Notes: a model not told the origin generated them from the letters alone. A stretch of DNA of 64,000 bases from Eledone cirrhosa (GCA_964016885.1 OZ024754.1:38750001-38814000), one strand, 5' to 3'. Positions 1 to 12,233 are shown, counted from the first letter of the stretch. Program-made: numbers and translations.

Positions 1-8
1 TTTTTTAG

Positions 9-161
9 TGAACATATTTCTGAGTTTGTAAAGAAAAAGGAAATTATTGAGAATCAACTCATCAACAGTTATCGAGAAAATCGACAGAAAGCTCAAGGTT
101 ATAAAAGACATCACCTAATAAGTACTGCTGTTATACCTGGTGTTTATAATTCACCTTTTGG
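9..161 (+). CDS. SPATA17: SPATA17, internal coding exon (gene starts upstream of the window)
   Basis: ttttttAG acceptor at 1-8 and GTAAG donor at 162. Translation EHISEFVKKKEIIENQLINSYRENRQKAQGYKRHHLISTAVIPGVYNSPF matches the recalled SPATA17 motif MHYLLSTKQIPGIYNSPF. Ends in phase 2. Confidence 0.88.
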
Positions 162-184
162 GTAAGATACCTTCTACATTTTTC

Positions 185-490
185 TTCCACACATTGTCAT
201 CTCTGACAAGACCAGTAATTTGGGGGAAGGGGAAAGTTGATTAAATCAATCCCAGTACATTACTGGTGTTTCCACACATTGTCATCTCTGACAAGACCAG
301 TAATTTGGGGGAAGGGGAAAGTTGATTAAATCAATCCCAGTACATTACTGGTGTTTTATTTTATCGACCCTGTAAGGATGAAAGGCAAAGTTAACCTCGG
401 CGGGATTTGACCTCAGACCATAAAGGAGAGTAACTCTATGCTGCAAAGCATAGTGTCCGACTCTCTACCCATACTGCCAATCCACTTCCC
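185..490 (-). mobile_element. tRNA-derived SINE, family B, with an 85-bp tandem duplication of its 3' end
   Basis: Reverse complement of the family seen at 62218-62409; 185-269 is repeated at 270-354. Confidence 0.7.
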
Positions 491-1202
491 TTACCACTTA
501 ATAACAGAACTATTGAGGAATCCTTCTAAACTAACCATTACATTATTCTATATTTACTATTGTATTTTCATGGTAAAGGCTTTATCTCACATAATATCGT
601 ATTTTCACGGTAAAGGCTTTATCTCACATAATATCGTATTTTCCCGGTAAAGGCTTTATCTCACATAATATCGAATCAGATGCTTATGCAATCATTGGTG
701 CAGTTATGCAATCATTGTATATGACGATGATTGCGTAAGCATCTGATGTAGTCTCATGAATAACCATGTAACAGAAATATATATAATGCAATAAACAATT
801 ATGGTGATTTAATCCTGTCATTATTTGATATATATATATATATCAAAAACAAGATGGTGTAAGGTAGAACAAAGGAGAGACACAGAATAAAAACCCAGTC
901 ACAGAATGTGTGACAAAAAAGCTTTGACAATATTTAAACAACCAACTAGTTATCAAACCAACCAGCCAGAAATTTATAATAAATTGAAGTGAAAAACCAA
1001 CAGGTGCATGTGTTTTAATTGGGAACATGCATCCACCTCCAAGTATAACAATATATATGTGCTAGCGTGGAAGATAGGCGTTAAACGATGATGATGATGA
1101 TATCATCATCATTTAACGTCTATTTTTCCAAGATAGAATGGGTTTTATCTATCTCTATATACACACACATACACATTATATATATATATATATATATATG
1201 AA

Positions 1203-1412
1203 GTGCTTCCGTAGGAAAGGAGAGTGCTCTATGTAGACTACAGAGCTTTATAGCTATGTAATAAACAACATAAGATAATTATTCCATTTACCAAAGGTTT
1301 CACGAAGACAGACAAGCCTGACACAGGCTCCTCTGTTGTTTATTACATAACTATAAAGCTCTGTAGTCTACATAGAGCACTCTCTTTTCCTTTATCTTTC
1401 CTACGGAAACAC
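1203..1412. mobile_element. (TA)n-flanked foldback element
   Basis: 1203-1270 is the reverse complement of 1335-1412 apart from a small insertion. Partial copies near 29250-29330 and 44150-44200. Confidence 0.7.
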
Positions 1413-1484
<72 letters not shown>

Positions 1485-1554
1485 CACACACACATACATA
1501 TAAATGAATATGCAAACAGGGTGCTACATTTTCTTATAGTAATTTATTAAACAG

Positions 1555-1890
1555 ACTGCCATTATGCACAACCCTGAGTACCTTTTTGATTTCCATGTGT
1601 CTAACACACGTGGACATGCCCACAAAGTAAGAAAACAGCACAGTTCCCATGACTTTCGGAAACATTTTTTCACGCTCAGAGTTGCTGAAGCATGGAACAA
1701 ACTACCGGCATCAGTTGTTAGCTGTCGAGACACTGCATCCTTTAAGGCCTCCATGCTTCCCGAGATCCGCCAACACTACAGCTAACACATACACACATGT
1801 ACTTCCCTGACATTTGTGTATTATTCTATGTACTATATTGACGAGTTGTAGTGCACCTGAGCACTTTACACAATAATTTCATTATATCAT
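1555..1890 (+). mobile_element. CR1-like LINE 3' end fragment
   Basis: TRGHAHKV...FRKHFFTLRVAEAWNKLPASVV is the typical C-terminus of CR1-group ORF2, followed by 3'UTR and a cattat-type tail. Confidence 0.8.
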
Positions 1891-2011
1891 TATATCATAT
1901 ATCATTTCCAGATATATCTGTTGATCGTTATGTAATGTTGACATTTGGAAACTGTTTCTATTGTGCCTTTACTTCCAAAGAAAGAAAATCTGAATATTTA
2001 TTTTATGTAAG

Positions 2012-2150
2012 TCAGGACCTTGAAGCTGAGAAGTTTCTGAAATCTTTGCATTTCACTGAAAAAAAACTTTTGAAGAAAAAAACAGATTCTACATGTGAGG
2101 AATACAAAAAGGTTGTGGTGGAAAAAGCATTTGGTCTTAAGAAACCTCAG
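2012..2150 (+). CDS. SPATA17: SPATA17 internal exon
   Basis: The phase-2 acceptor ttttatgtaAG is the nearby one compatible with the previous exon. Encodes (G)QDLEAEKFLKSLHF...AFGLKKPQ, donor CAG|GTAGAG, and joins the next exon to give the conserved QGPF. Confidence 0.75.
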
Positions 2151-2221
2151 GTAGAGATTGTCTTTAATTAGCTAATAAGTAGAAAGACACTTTATTCAAC
2201 GTATTTTAATTAAATCATATA

Positions 2222-2410
2222 ATTGTTTCTACTTTTGGGACAAGGCCAGCAATTACCCAGTACATTACTGGTACTTTATTTTATCGACCCCGTAAGGATG
2301 AAAGGCAAAGTTAACCTCGGCGAGATTTGAACTCAATCCGTAAAGGGACGTAACTGTGCTGCAAAGCATGGCGTTATACCCTCTACCGATACTGCCAATC
2401 CACTGCCCTT
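2222..2410 (-). mobile_element. tRNA-derived SINE, family B
   Basis: A box (TGGCAGTATCGG) and B box (GAGTTCAAATC) on the minus strand; full-length match to 62218-62409. Confidence 0.8.
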
Positions 2411-2521
2411 TGCCAATATCATATAATGTTTGCAATAAATAAAAAAAGATGCAGAAGAAAATTAAATAATGAAAATATGCAGGACTGGGTGGGAGTGGCA
2501 GACTCCACACTTCAGTCTAGT

Positions 2522-2812
2522 TGGTGTGACACAGCTGTGTCACACCAGACTAGTTAGTGTACATCAGCTGTGTCACACCTGACTGGTTAGTGTATTTCAG
2601 CTGTGTCACACCAGACTAGTTAGTGTACATCAGCTGTGTCACACCAGACTAGTTAGTGTATATCAGCTGTGTCACACCAGACTAGTTAGTGTATATCAGC
2701 TGTGTCACACCAGACTAGTTAGTGTATATCAGCTGTGTCACACCAGACTAGTTAGTGTATATCAGCTGTGTCACACCAGACTAGTTAGTGTATATCAGCT
2801 GTGCCACACCAG
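2522..2812. repeat. 33-bp minisatellite (about 8.5 copies) starting at a 26-bp palindrome
   Basis: Unit cagctgtgtcacaccagactagttagtgtatat; period checked at 2631/2664. Confidence 0.95.
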
Positions 2813-3226
2813 AAATATATATAACATATAACAGTGATAATGTAATAAATAGCATATGTGGTGTATACAGCCTTCTAATTCATTTATATATATATATATA
2901 TATATAAAGTGGTCATGTAGGTGTCACAACAAAAAGCACCCAGTACTCACTGTTAATGTGGTTGATGTTAGGAAGGGCATCCAGCTATAGAAACTAAGCT
3001 AAAATCAGTTCTGTATGAGCAAGACATGGTCACCTGACCTGGCATTTCTCACAACAGGACAACTCATCTCACCCATACTTGCATGGAGAAATGGATGTTA
3101 AACGGTGATTATGATGGTGGTGGTGGTGATGATGATGGTGATGGTGATGATGATGATGATATATATAGTAAATTTGGAAATAGGTAGTATTTATGTTGGA
3201 ATTTTCTTGCTTTTCTCTTTTAATAG

Positions 3227-3372
3227 GGTCCTTTCCTAAGCCCCAAACAAGTGATGTTAAAGCGTTACAAACCTTTAAACCCCAAGCTACAAACTGCAAC
3301 AGATTATGAACATTTGAAAGACGCTCAGCTACTGCTGAGAACAGAATCAAATCAACAACTAGACATACCTTT
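3227..3372 (+). CDS. SPATA17: SPATA17 internal exon
   Basis: Pyrimidine tract plus TAG acceptor. GPFLSPKQVMLKRYKPLNPKLQTATDYEHLKDA aligns to recalled GPFRDITEVLEQRYRPLEPTLRVA. Donor GTAAAT, phase 2. Missed by the ORF track. Confidence 0.87.
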
Positions 3373-4091
3373 GTAAATATATTTTCTTCTTACATATTTA
3401 TTGATATTCTTAGAAAATGTAGAAAATAACTGTAAACACAGTTGATTGCTATAAATAATAGATTAGTAAATCAGGTAAAATACCCCTATAAACAGATAAA
3501 ATGGCCAGCTGCTGCTACAGAGAATCTAACTCAGTAATATAGCAGTTCTGTCTACTTTGTGGCCCTCTGCCTCTAAAAGTGTTTTCTTTTTTTTTAACAA
3601 CTGGTAAATTTCCGACTCAGAGTACAGTGAATACTGCTGAGAATTATTACTGTATCTGCCAGTGTACAATTAATCCAGCACATAGATCCACCCTTAAAAA
3701 ATAAGGCACTAGAAGGGGAAATAATTCAAAAGATTTGTGGCTAAGACATTTCTAAAACACTTCAGTTGCAAGTCAGTTCTAACTCATTGAGTAAACCGGC
3801 CTAGCCTAAACTTAATGAACCTATGGTAACCTACCCTAAGAGCTACAGCAAGTCATTGAAATTATAATCTCTACATTAAATAGACTTAACAAATATAAGA
3901 TTCAGTTGGAAATAATTGTGCTGGGTTGCTAGAGTTATGGTAAGTGGTGCATGAGTGTTAGGCAGGCAGTTTCACTGTTTATCCGTCAGTAGTAAACGTT
4001 CACATTTTATATGGGGCGGACAAGTCGACCCCTGGTTCTGGAGAGAGATTTTTAGGCTCCGAATGTCGACTTGTACGCCGGCATATACAGT

Positions 4092-4426
4092 ATCATCATC
4101 ATCAGATTACGTCCGCTTTTCCCTGCTTGCAAGGGTGGGACGGGAACCGATTCTGGCTTGATTTCTACAGCTGGATGCCCTTCCTAACACCAACCTCATT
4201 TACAGTGAGTGCTGGGTGCTTTTTTGCCGTGGCACCTGCATGACCAATTTACAGTGGAATGATATGGATCCCCAGCCCCTATCATCTCATTTCTACAGCT
4301 GAGTAAACTGGAGCAATGTGAAATAAAGTGTCCTGCTCAAGGAAACAACACATCACCCGGTCTGAGAATTGAACTCACAACCTTTCGATTGCAAGGCCAA
4401 TGCTCTAACCACTAAGCCATGTGCCT
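4092..4426 (-). mobile_element. tRNA-derived SINE, family A (tRNA head, CORE-like body, RTE-derived tail)
   Basis: Minus strand reads TGGCTTAGTGG (A box), GAGTTCAATTC (B box), ccttgagcaggacactttatttcac...cagctgtagaaatg, then ...gaaaagcggacgtaa and (GAT)n. Confidence 0.82.
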
Positions 4427-4869
4427 TCTGATAAATTCTGAGAGACACTAGCAGTGAAGTTAATGGGTACAAGGCCACATAGGGGCTGGTGATTCATTTG
4501 TGGTCACTAACAATCCACAATGCCTAAGGTGATGTCCAGTGAGTCATAGAAGTCAAAGTACTTTAAACCTGACAGAGCCTATCCCGTTCCAGGTCGGAAT
4601 GCAGCAGATTTCTTCTAAAGAGAGAGAGAGAGAGAGAGAATGAGAGTAAGATATAAAGGAAGAATGGGCACCAGTACTGGAATAGTACTTTTCTTATCAA
4701 CCGTGAAAGGCTGAAAAGCTAAATGACCTTTGTGGGTTTTGAACTCAGAGTGCAGAGAGCTGGAATGAATACTACGAAGCATTCTATCTAACATTCTACT
4801 AACTCTGCCAATTTGCCACCTACTGTACACTAAAATCTAACAACTAACCTACTCCCACCATTCACTTAC

Positions 4870-5043
4870 TATATTTCCCGGCGTCAAAGACGCTACTTTT
4901 TTCCCAAAATACGTCTCAAAAATCTGAATCTGCCATGCATCCTGCAGGTCAAAGGTTGTTTATTATTATTTTTCAAATTTTTGGTTGTCAAAATTAGAGT
5001 GTGTCCTCAAGGATGAAGCATCTTTAGTGCCAGGAAATATGGT
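4870..5043. mobile_element. Tc1/mariner (Tc2-like) MITE, uninterrupted copy
   Basis: Degenerate TIRs ctatatttcc...ggaaatatgg; colinear with 10754-11127 without the SINE. Confidence 0.65.
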
Positions 5044-5182
5044 GACCTTTCTCCAACTGTATAATGTACCCTATCAAACTACCACCACTACCACCACCAC
5101 TATTCCTTATTAATTGTATTAACCTAGCTCTAATTGTTTTCTGCATTCCTAGATTTAGTCTTAAAATTTTTTACCTTTGCAG

Positions 5183-5312
5183 CTACTTAACAGGAAAAAT
5201 CAAAAGCCTGAGATACGAACGCCTTCTCTGCAGTGACTCTCAATATGAACCTCCTTCATATGGAAGGTTACAGTTTAGGGATGTCACATCCAAGAAGTCC
5301 ATATCAAAGCAG
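5183..5312 (+). CDS. SPATA17: SPATA17 penultimate coding exon
   Basis: ttacctttgcAG acceptor and CAG|GTGAG donor. Encodes (F)YLTGKIKSLRYERLLCSDSQYEPPSYGRLQFRDVTSKKSISKQ; phases match both neighbours. Confidence 0.87.
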
Positions 5313-5794
5313 GTGAGTTTATGTGAGATTATCGGTGAAATATGGGAGTCACATTCTCTTGTTAAAGGGGTTGAGAACAGAACATAATAAAAGTAACAAC
5401 TGAATTCAGAAGATTCCAGTTTTACTGATCAATGCTATGTAATTTATTATTTTGACACCCTTCACTGAATTTTTATTCTAATCAGTGGTTTTAAATCAAT
5501 GCCATGTATGCAATATATAAAAGTAAAGATATATTATTTTAAAAAATATAAAGTGGAATTCTAAATATAATATGGTGTGTGGGTGAGAGAGAGAGAGGGC
5601 GGGAGGGAGAGTGTGTGTGTTTGTATGAGAAAGAGAGAGAGTGTGTATGTGTGTTTGTGGGTGAGAGAGAGTATGTGTGCATGTCTGTAAACATGTATAT
5701 ACACTGTATGGTGGAAGTCCCTGCTTGTGAATTCCTAATTAACTAATTAAGTACTGTTTGACAATGTGACTTTCTATCTTGTTACTATATACCA

Positions 5795-6201
5795 AATAGA
5801 CTTTCTAATCTAAAGACCATGTACCCTAAATGGACTTTCTAATCTAAAGACCATGTAGGCTAAATAGACTGTCTAAAGACCATGTACCCTAAATGGACTT
5901 TCTAATCTAAAGACCATGTACCCTAAATGGACTTTCTAATCTAAAGACCATGTACCCTAAATAGACTGTCTAAAGACCATGTACCCTAAATAGACTGTCT
6001 AAAGACCATGTACCCTAAATAGACTGTCTAAAGATCATGTACCCTAAATAGACTGTCTAAAGATCATGTACCCTAAATAGACTGTCTAAAGACCATGTAC
6101 CCTAAATAGACTGTCTAAAGACCATGTACCCTAAATAGACTGTCTAAAGACCATGTACCCTAAATAGACTGTCTAAAGATCATGTACCCTAAATGGACTT
6201 T
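5795..6201. repeat. 29/34-bp minisatellite in a SPATA17 intron
   Basis: Unit ctaaagaccatgtaccctaaatagactgt, period 29 (6001/6030), with 34-bp variants at the 5' side. Confidence 0.95.
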
Positions 6202-6530
6202 CAAATGAGACTTTCCTCACTGATGTGACATATAATAACTACACTCCAGCACTCAGAAAAATTTCTCACAAATAATGAATACGTGTGTATACACTCACAA
6301 AAGCTCTCCTATATACAGACTTACATTTGAATACACGCACACACAGGCATACATGACACACACACATGCAGGCATACACACTCACAGATAAACACATACA
6401 CAGGCATGCATACTCACAGACACATACATACATAACACACCATGAACTTTGTAACTGTTACAAATCATATAATATATGCTACTAACCAATCTCTATCTCT
6501 CTTTCTCTCTTTCTTTCTCTTTCTCTGTAG

Positions 6531-6596
6531 GATTTCAAAACAATATTGCCATCAATTCCTTTATTTGATGAATATAAACAACAGTTTGAATGTTGA
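6531..6596 (+). CDS. SPATA17: SPATA17 terminal coding exon
   Basis: Long CT tract plus TAG acceptor. DFKTILPSIPLFDEYKQQFEC* resembles recalled DFQTVLPSFELF. TGA at 6594-6596; candidate AATAAA at 6881. Confidence 0.87.
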   Translation, partial: DFKTILPSIPLFDEYKQQFEC

Positions 6597-6818
6597 CAAA
6601 TCCTTTTCATGTTCCTGAACAGACAAACCATTAAAATAATATATATTATATATTTCATTAATATTGTGAAATATTAAAATCATTATATATATATATATAT
6701 TCATACACATACATATATATATGTATATATTTATTCATATATATATATAATGGAATATATATATATATATGTTATGGAATACTGTTAGCTTCTCGCTACA
6801 ACAATTTCTATACTTTTC

Positions 6819-6864
<46 letters not shown>

Positions 6865-6975
6865 AATGATATTCACATTTAATAAAATTAAACTGAATTA
6901 GCCAAAATATTATCCCTATTTTCTATTCATTGGATCTCCCGATTTCTTTTTTTATATTGGCTTATCTTTGTTTAA

Positions 6976-7448
6976 CCCTTTAGCATTTAAACCGGCCATA
7001 TCCGGCCAGAACTCTCTCACCTCTTTCTGTTCAAACTGGCTGTAACCGGTCCCTCATACTGATGTTAAGGTATTGTTCTCAAAATAAATAACATCAAAAT
7101 CTCATAGATTCGATATTATGTGAGATATTTATGTGAGGTAAAGCCTTTGCCACAAAAATATAATAGTATATATAGAGTAATGTGAATGTTATGTGAGGTA
7201 AAGCCTTTCCCACAAAAATATAATAGTATATATAGAGTAATGTGAATGTTATGTGAGGTAAAGCCTTTCCCACAAAAATATAATAGTATATATAGAGTAA
7301 TGTGAATGTTATGTGAGGTAAAGCCTTTCCCACAAAAATATAATAGTATATATAGAGTAATGTGAATGTTATGTGAGATATTATGTGAGGTAAAGCCTTT
7401 ACCACAAAAATATAATAGTATATATAGAGTAATGTGAATACTAAAGGG
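6976..7448. mobile_element. piggyBac-like MITE with an internal 60-bp tandem expansion
   Basis: TTAA|CCCTTTAGCATT...AATACTAAAGGG|TTAA; lines 7141-7380 repeat with period 60. Confidence 0.85.
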
Positions 7449-7499
7449 TTAAAGGTTATACTGAGCCACAGAGAATTGGGTTTTATTGTGTACATGTGA

Positions 7500-7692
7500 G
7501 GTGCATTGTGTTTGTGTGTGGTGCCTTGTGTGTGTGGTGACTTGTGTGTGTGGTGCTTTGTGTGTGTGGTGACTTGTGTGTGTGGTGCTTTGTGTGTGTG
7601 GTGCCTTGTGTGTGTGGTGCTTTGTGTGTGTCGTGCTTTGTGTGTGTGGTGCTTTGTGTGTGAGTGTGTATGGTGCTTTGTATATCTGTGGA
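7500..7692. repeat. GT-rich short tandem repeat (about 16-17 bp unit)
   Basis: Variants of gtggtgctttgtgtgt. Confidence 0.85.
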
Positions 7693-8081
7693 CTTTGCAA
7701 TCTTGATCATTATCACCATTTTACATCAATTTTTTCCACACTAGCATGGGTTAGACGGATTGTCCTGTTGTGGGCAATGCCACTCAGGTGACCATGTCTT
7801 GCTCATACAGAACTGATTTTGGCTTGATTTCTACAGCTGGATGCCCTTCCTAACACCAACCTCATTTACAGTGAGTGCTGGGTGCTTTTTTTCATGTCAC
7901 CTACATGACCACATTTACAGTAGGAGAGGAGTGGGGCAGAAATTTAGGAAATGTGAAAATCATACTTTTAACATACAAATGATAGACATATTTTGTTTTG
8001 CAGATAACTTCAAATAGTAAATTTATCCTCTTCAAAATGGCGACTGCCAACTTGATTATACAAAGATGGAATATGGCCCAG

Positions 8082-9459
8082 CTTTCAAAGTGATATCCTG
8101 TGTGATACTTTCAAAGTGATATCCTGTGTGATACTTTCAAAGTGATATCCTGTGTGATACCTTCAAAGTGATATCCTCTGTGATACTTTCAAAGTGATAC
8201 CCTGTGTGATACTTTCAAAGTGATATCCTGTGTGATACCTTCAAAGTGATATCCTCTGTGATACTTTTAAAGTGATATCCTGTGTGATACCTTCAAAGTG
8301 ATATCCTGTGTGATACTTTCAAAGTGATATCCTCTGTGATACTTTTAAAGTGATATCCTGTGTGATACTTTCAAAGTGATATCCTCTGTGATACTTTCAA
8401 AGTGATATCCTGTGTGATACCTTCAAAGTGATATCCTGTGTGATACCTTCAAAGTGATATCCTGTGTGATACCTTCAAAGTGATATCCTGTGTGATACTT
8501 TCAAAGTGATATCCTCTGTGATACTTTTAAAGTGATATCCTGTGTGATACCTTCAAAGTGATATCCTGTGTGATACCTTCAAAGTGATATCCTGTGTGAT
8601 ACCTTCAAAGTGATATCCTGTGTGATACTTTCAAAGTGATATCCTGTGTGATACCTTCAAAGTGATATCCTGTGTGATACCTTCAAAGTGATATCCTGTG
8701 TGATACTTTCAAAGTGATATCCTGTGTGATACCTTCAAAGTGATATCCTGTGTAATATTTTCAAAGTGATATCCTCTGTGATACTTTCAAAGTGATATCC
8801 TGTGTGATACCTTCAAAGTGATATCCTGTGTGATACCTTCAAAGTGATATCCTGTGTGATACCTTCAAAGTGATATCCTGTGTGATACCTTCAAAGTGAT
8901 ATCCTGTGTAATACTTTCAAAGTGATATCCTGTGTGATACCTTCAAAGTGATATCCTCTGTGATACTTTCAAAGTGATATCCTGTGTGATACCTTCAAAG
9001 TGATATCCTGTGTAATACTTTCAAAGTGATATCCTGTGTGATACCTTCAAAGTGATACCCTGTGTGATACTTTCAAAGTGATATCCTGTGTGATACCTTC
9101 AAAGTGATATCCTGTGTGATACCTTCAAAGTGATATCCTGTGTGATACCTTCAAAGTGATATCCTGTGTGATACCTTCAAAGTGATATCCTGTGTGATAC
9201 CTTCAAAGTGATATCCTGTGTGATACCTTCAAAGTGATATCCTGTGTGATACCTTCAAAGTGATATCCTGTGTGATACCTTCAAAGTGATATCCTCTGTG
9301 ATACCTTCAAAGTGATATCCTGTGTGATACCTTCAAAGTGATATCCTGTGTGATACCTTCAAAGTGAGATCTTGTGTGATACCTTCAAAGTGATATCCTC
9401 TGTGATACTTTCAAAGTGATATCCTCTGTGATACTTTCAAAGTGATATCCTGTGTGATA
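8082..9459. repeat. 26-bp minisatellite, about 53 copies
   Basis: Unit ttcaaagtgatatcctgtgtgatac(c/t); period checked at 8111/8137. Confidence 0.98.
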
Positions 9460-10475
9460 AGCAGGATTTTTATTAATTCAATAATACACTCCCTCTCCTA
9501 TACAAAATGGTATAGAATGTGCAAAACAAATACCTATACAGGAACTGTGGGTAGCACAGAGGAGAGAAACACAAAACCAAGATATAACATCTTTTATAGC
9601 AACACACAATCAAAATATTTGATTATCAGACAAAGTAATTATCATCATCGTTTAACGTCCATTTTGCACACTTGTATGGGTTAAATGGGCTGTCACATTA
9701 TGAGATAAGTCAGATCAGGTGACCACGTCTTGCTTATACAGATCTGTATTTTGGCTTGGTTTGTACAGCTGGATGCCCTTCCTAACACCAACCACCTTAC
9801 CGGGTGGACTGGGTAGTTTCTATAGCTGGATATCCATCCAAACACCAACCACTTTACTGGGTAGTTTCTATGGTTGGATGCCCTTCCTAACACCAACCAA
9901 CTATGAAATATTTACATATGTTATGAAATGTTTCAGATAAGCTGTAGTTTATAAGTTCCAACTATTAACCTCACTTTTAGAAATGAAATTTTAAAAAAAA
10001 AAAGAAGAAAAAAAAAAAACTATTTATTTCCAAACTACATTTCCATCGGTGATAAAAATGAACAAATGGGAGTGTAAATGGAGATTTGTACATGTCAATT
10101 TATATATGTTGGTCATTATATCAATTGAAAGCCTGGAAGAAAAATATTTTCAAATGTAATCATGATTTATAAAAGCAGAAATCTGACTTACTGTATCAAA
10201 TATCAGAATTGCAGAGAAATATACATTGGTCAGACAGAAACTCATTATCAGAACACATATCACCAGATTAAGGACCCTTATGTCAGATAGTTCCCACTAA
10301 GGGGCTATTTGGAAACATGCTACAATAAAAATTAAAATGTTTAATATTTACATGACTTAAGTGAAGTAAAAAGAAATGAATTTTATTGAAAAATTCAAAC
10401 CAGTTTTGGATGGCCAATGATACTGATTTGATTTGATTTGATCTTTTATGATTTAATATATTCTGTAATTCTTAA

Positions 10476-10683
10476 CCCTTTACCATTTAAACCAGCCGTA
10501 TCTAGTCAGAATTCTCTCACCTCTTTCAGTTCAAACTGGCTGTAACTGGCCACTCATACATATGTTAAGATATTGTTCTCAAAATAAATAATATCAAAAT
10601 CTCCTAGACTCGATATTATGTAAGACAAAGCCTTTATCCTGAAAATACAATAGTATATATAGAGTAATGTAAATACTAAGGGG
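10476..10683. mobile_element. piggyBac-like MITE (about 210 bp)
   Basis: TTAA on both sides and CCC...GGG termini; same family as 6976. Confidence 0.85.
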
Positions 10684-10753
10684 TTAAGTGAGAGTATTTT
10701 ATATATTATTTCCCTTCGACCTATGTACTACATAAAAATAACCTTACAAATTA

Positions 10754-11127
10754 CCGTATTTCCCAGCGTCGAAGAAGCTACTTTTTTCCTAAAATAAGTC
10801 TCAAAAATCTACCATGCGCTCTGGAAGTCAAAGGTTGTTTATTATTTTTTTTCAAAAGGGCAGTGGATTGGCAGTATCGGTAGAGGGTCGGATGCTATGC
10901 TTTGCAGCAAAGGGTTACAGCCCTTTATGGTCTGAGTTCAAATCTCACCGAGGTTAACTTTGCCTTTCATCCTTACAGGGTCGATAAAATAAAGTACCAG
11001 TAATACACTGGGATAATTGCTGGCCTTGTGCCAAAAGTAGAAACAAATTATTTTTTTTCAAATTTTTGGTTGTCAAAATTGGGGTGTGTTCTCGAGGATG
11101 AAGCGTCTTCAGCACGAGGAAATACGG
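10754..11127. mobile_element. Tc2-like MITE interrupted by a family B SINE
   Basis: TA|CCGTATTTCC...GGAAATACGG|TA; the SINE at 10857-11046 is flanked by a perfect 16-bp duplication. Confidence 0.8.
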
Positions 11128-12233
11128 TATAAAATATTAAATGCTTAACAGTTTATCTCTCTTTAACTATTTAAACATCACCTCGACATCATCTCTATAT
11201 TGATATTTACCTAGCTTATATAGTCAAGTTAATATTCATCTAAAGAATGTCCCAGAAGACACGAAAGTACTTGTGAAAATAAATAAAATCTGAAAATCCA
11301 GCTGTTGATATTTGACTGACTAACATTGTATAATTAAGACTGGTTTTCCAAGAGGGACCGCAGGGAGACAGAGTTAAATAAGCTACTCAATACATTAGTT
11401 GAGAAGTTGTATATTCAAATGAAAGTTCTAATTCTGTAGAAGTAATTATATATATTTGATGGCTGCTACTTGATTTTGAGTAATGCCATCGCTTGATACT
11501 TAAGTATGAGCATCACGGATGTGGCTTTTAGTCCTGATAGGGACTTGCCTATGGCCAGCAATGTCATGCATCGCAAAGAATGTCACATATCAAAAGGTGC
11601 CTGTTCTCAAAGCTTTGCAAGGGACCAATCCCACTCTCTGAACATCGAATACATTTATCTATAAAATAGAACTGGTTTACATCATTGGATACAAACAAAG
11701 TCGCATGTTTTATATCAGAGTGACCTTCTCCAAGAGAAGCATTTAAACCAGTTGCATTGTTCTCAAAATAAATAATATCAAAATCTCCTAGATTCAATGT
11801 TATGTGAGATAATTGTAAGATAAAGCCTTCACCATGAAAATACAATAGTATCTATAGAGTAATGTAAATGCTAAAAGGTTAATGGAGACTAGGAGTCACT
11901 CACTCCACAAAAAAAAAAAATCTCCGCCCTATATACACACACACACCAGTGCTGGATATCAGACTGCTCTTTCTAGATGAATTGACCCTGCAGAAATTTA
12001 GACCAAATTTGTGAATGCCATTGGCACAGACTTTTCCTGTCAATATCATAGGCACAGATCCATAGAGCAGACCAAACCTATGCCAGCCATAAGCAGACAA
12101 AACATTGGAATACTATAGGCACACAACTGCTTATGAATACCATAGGCAAACATCTTATGAATACTATAGCCAAATACCTTCTTATGAATACTATAGGCAC
12201 AGACCCTTCCTATGAATTCTATAAGCACAGAAT

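Noticed and set aside
1851-2011. 5' part of ORF 1851-2171 and the CAG acceptor at 1911
   Set aside because: It begins in a CR1 tail, and splicing exon 9-161 to 1912 gives an immediate TGA; the acceptor at 2011 fits both phase and homology.
11564-11845. 93-aa minus-strand ORF
   Set aside because: Starts inside a piggyBac-like MITE fragment; the remainder has no motif or splice support I can recognise.
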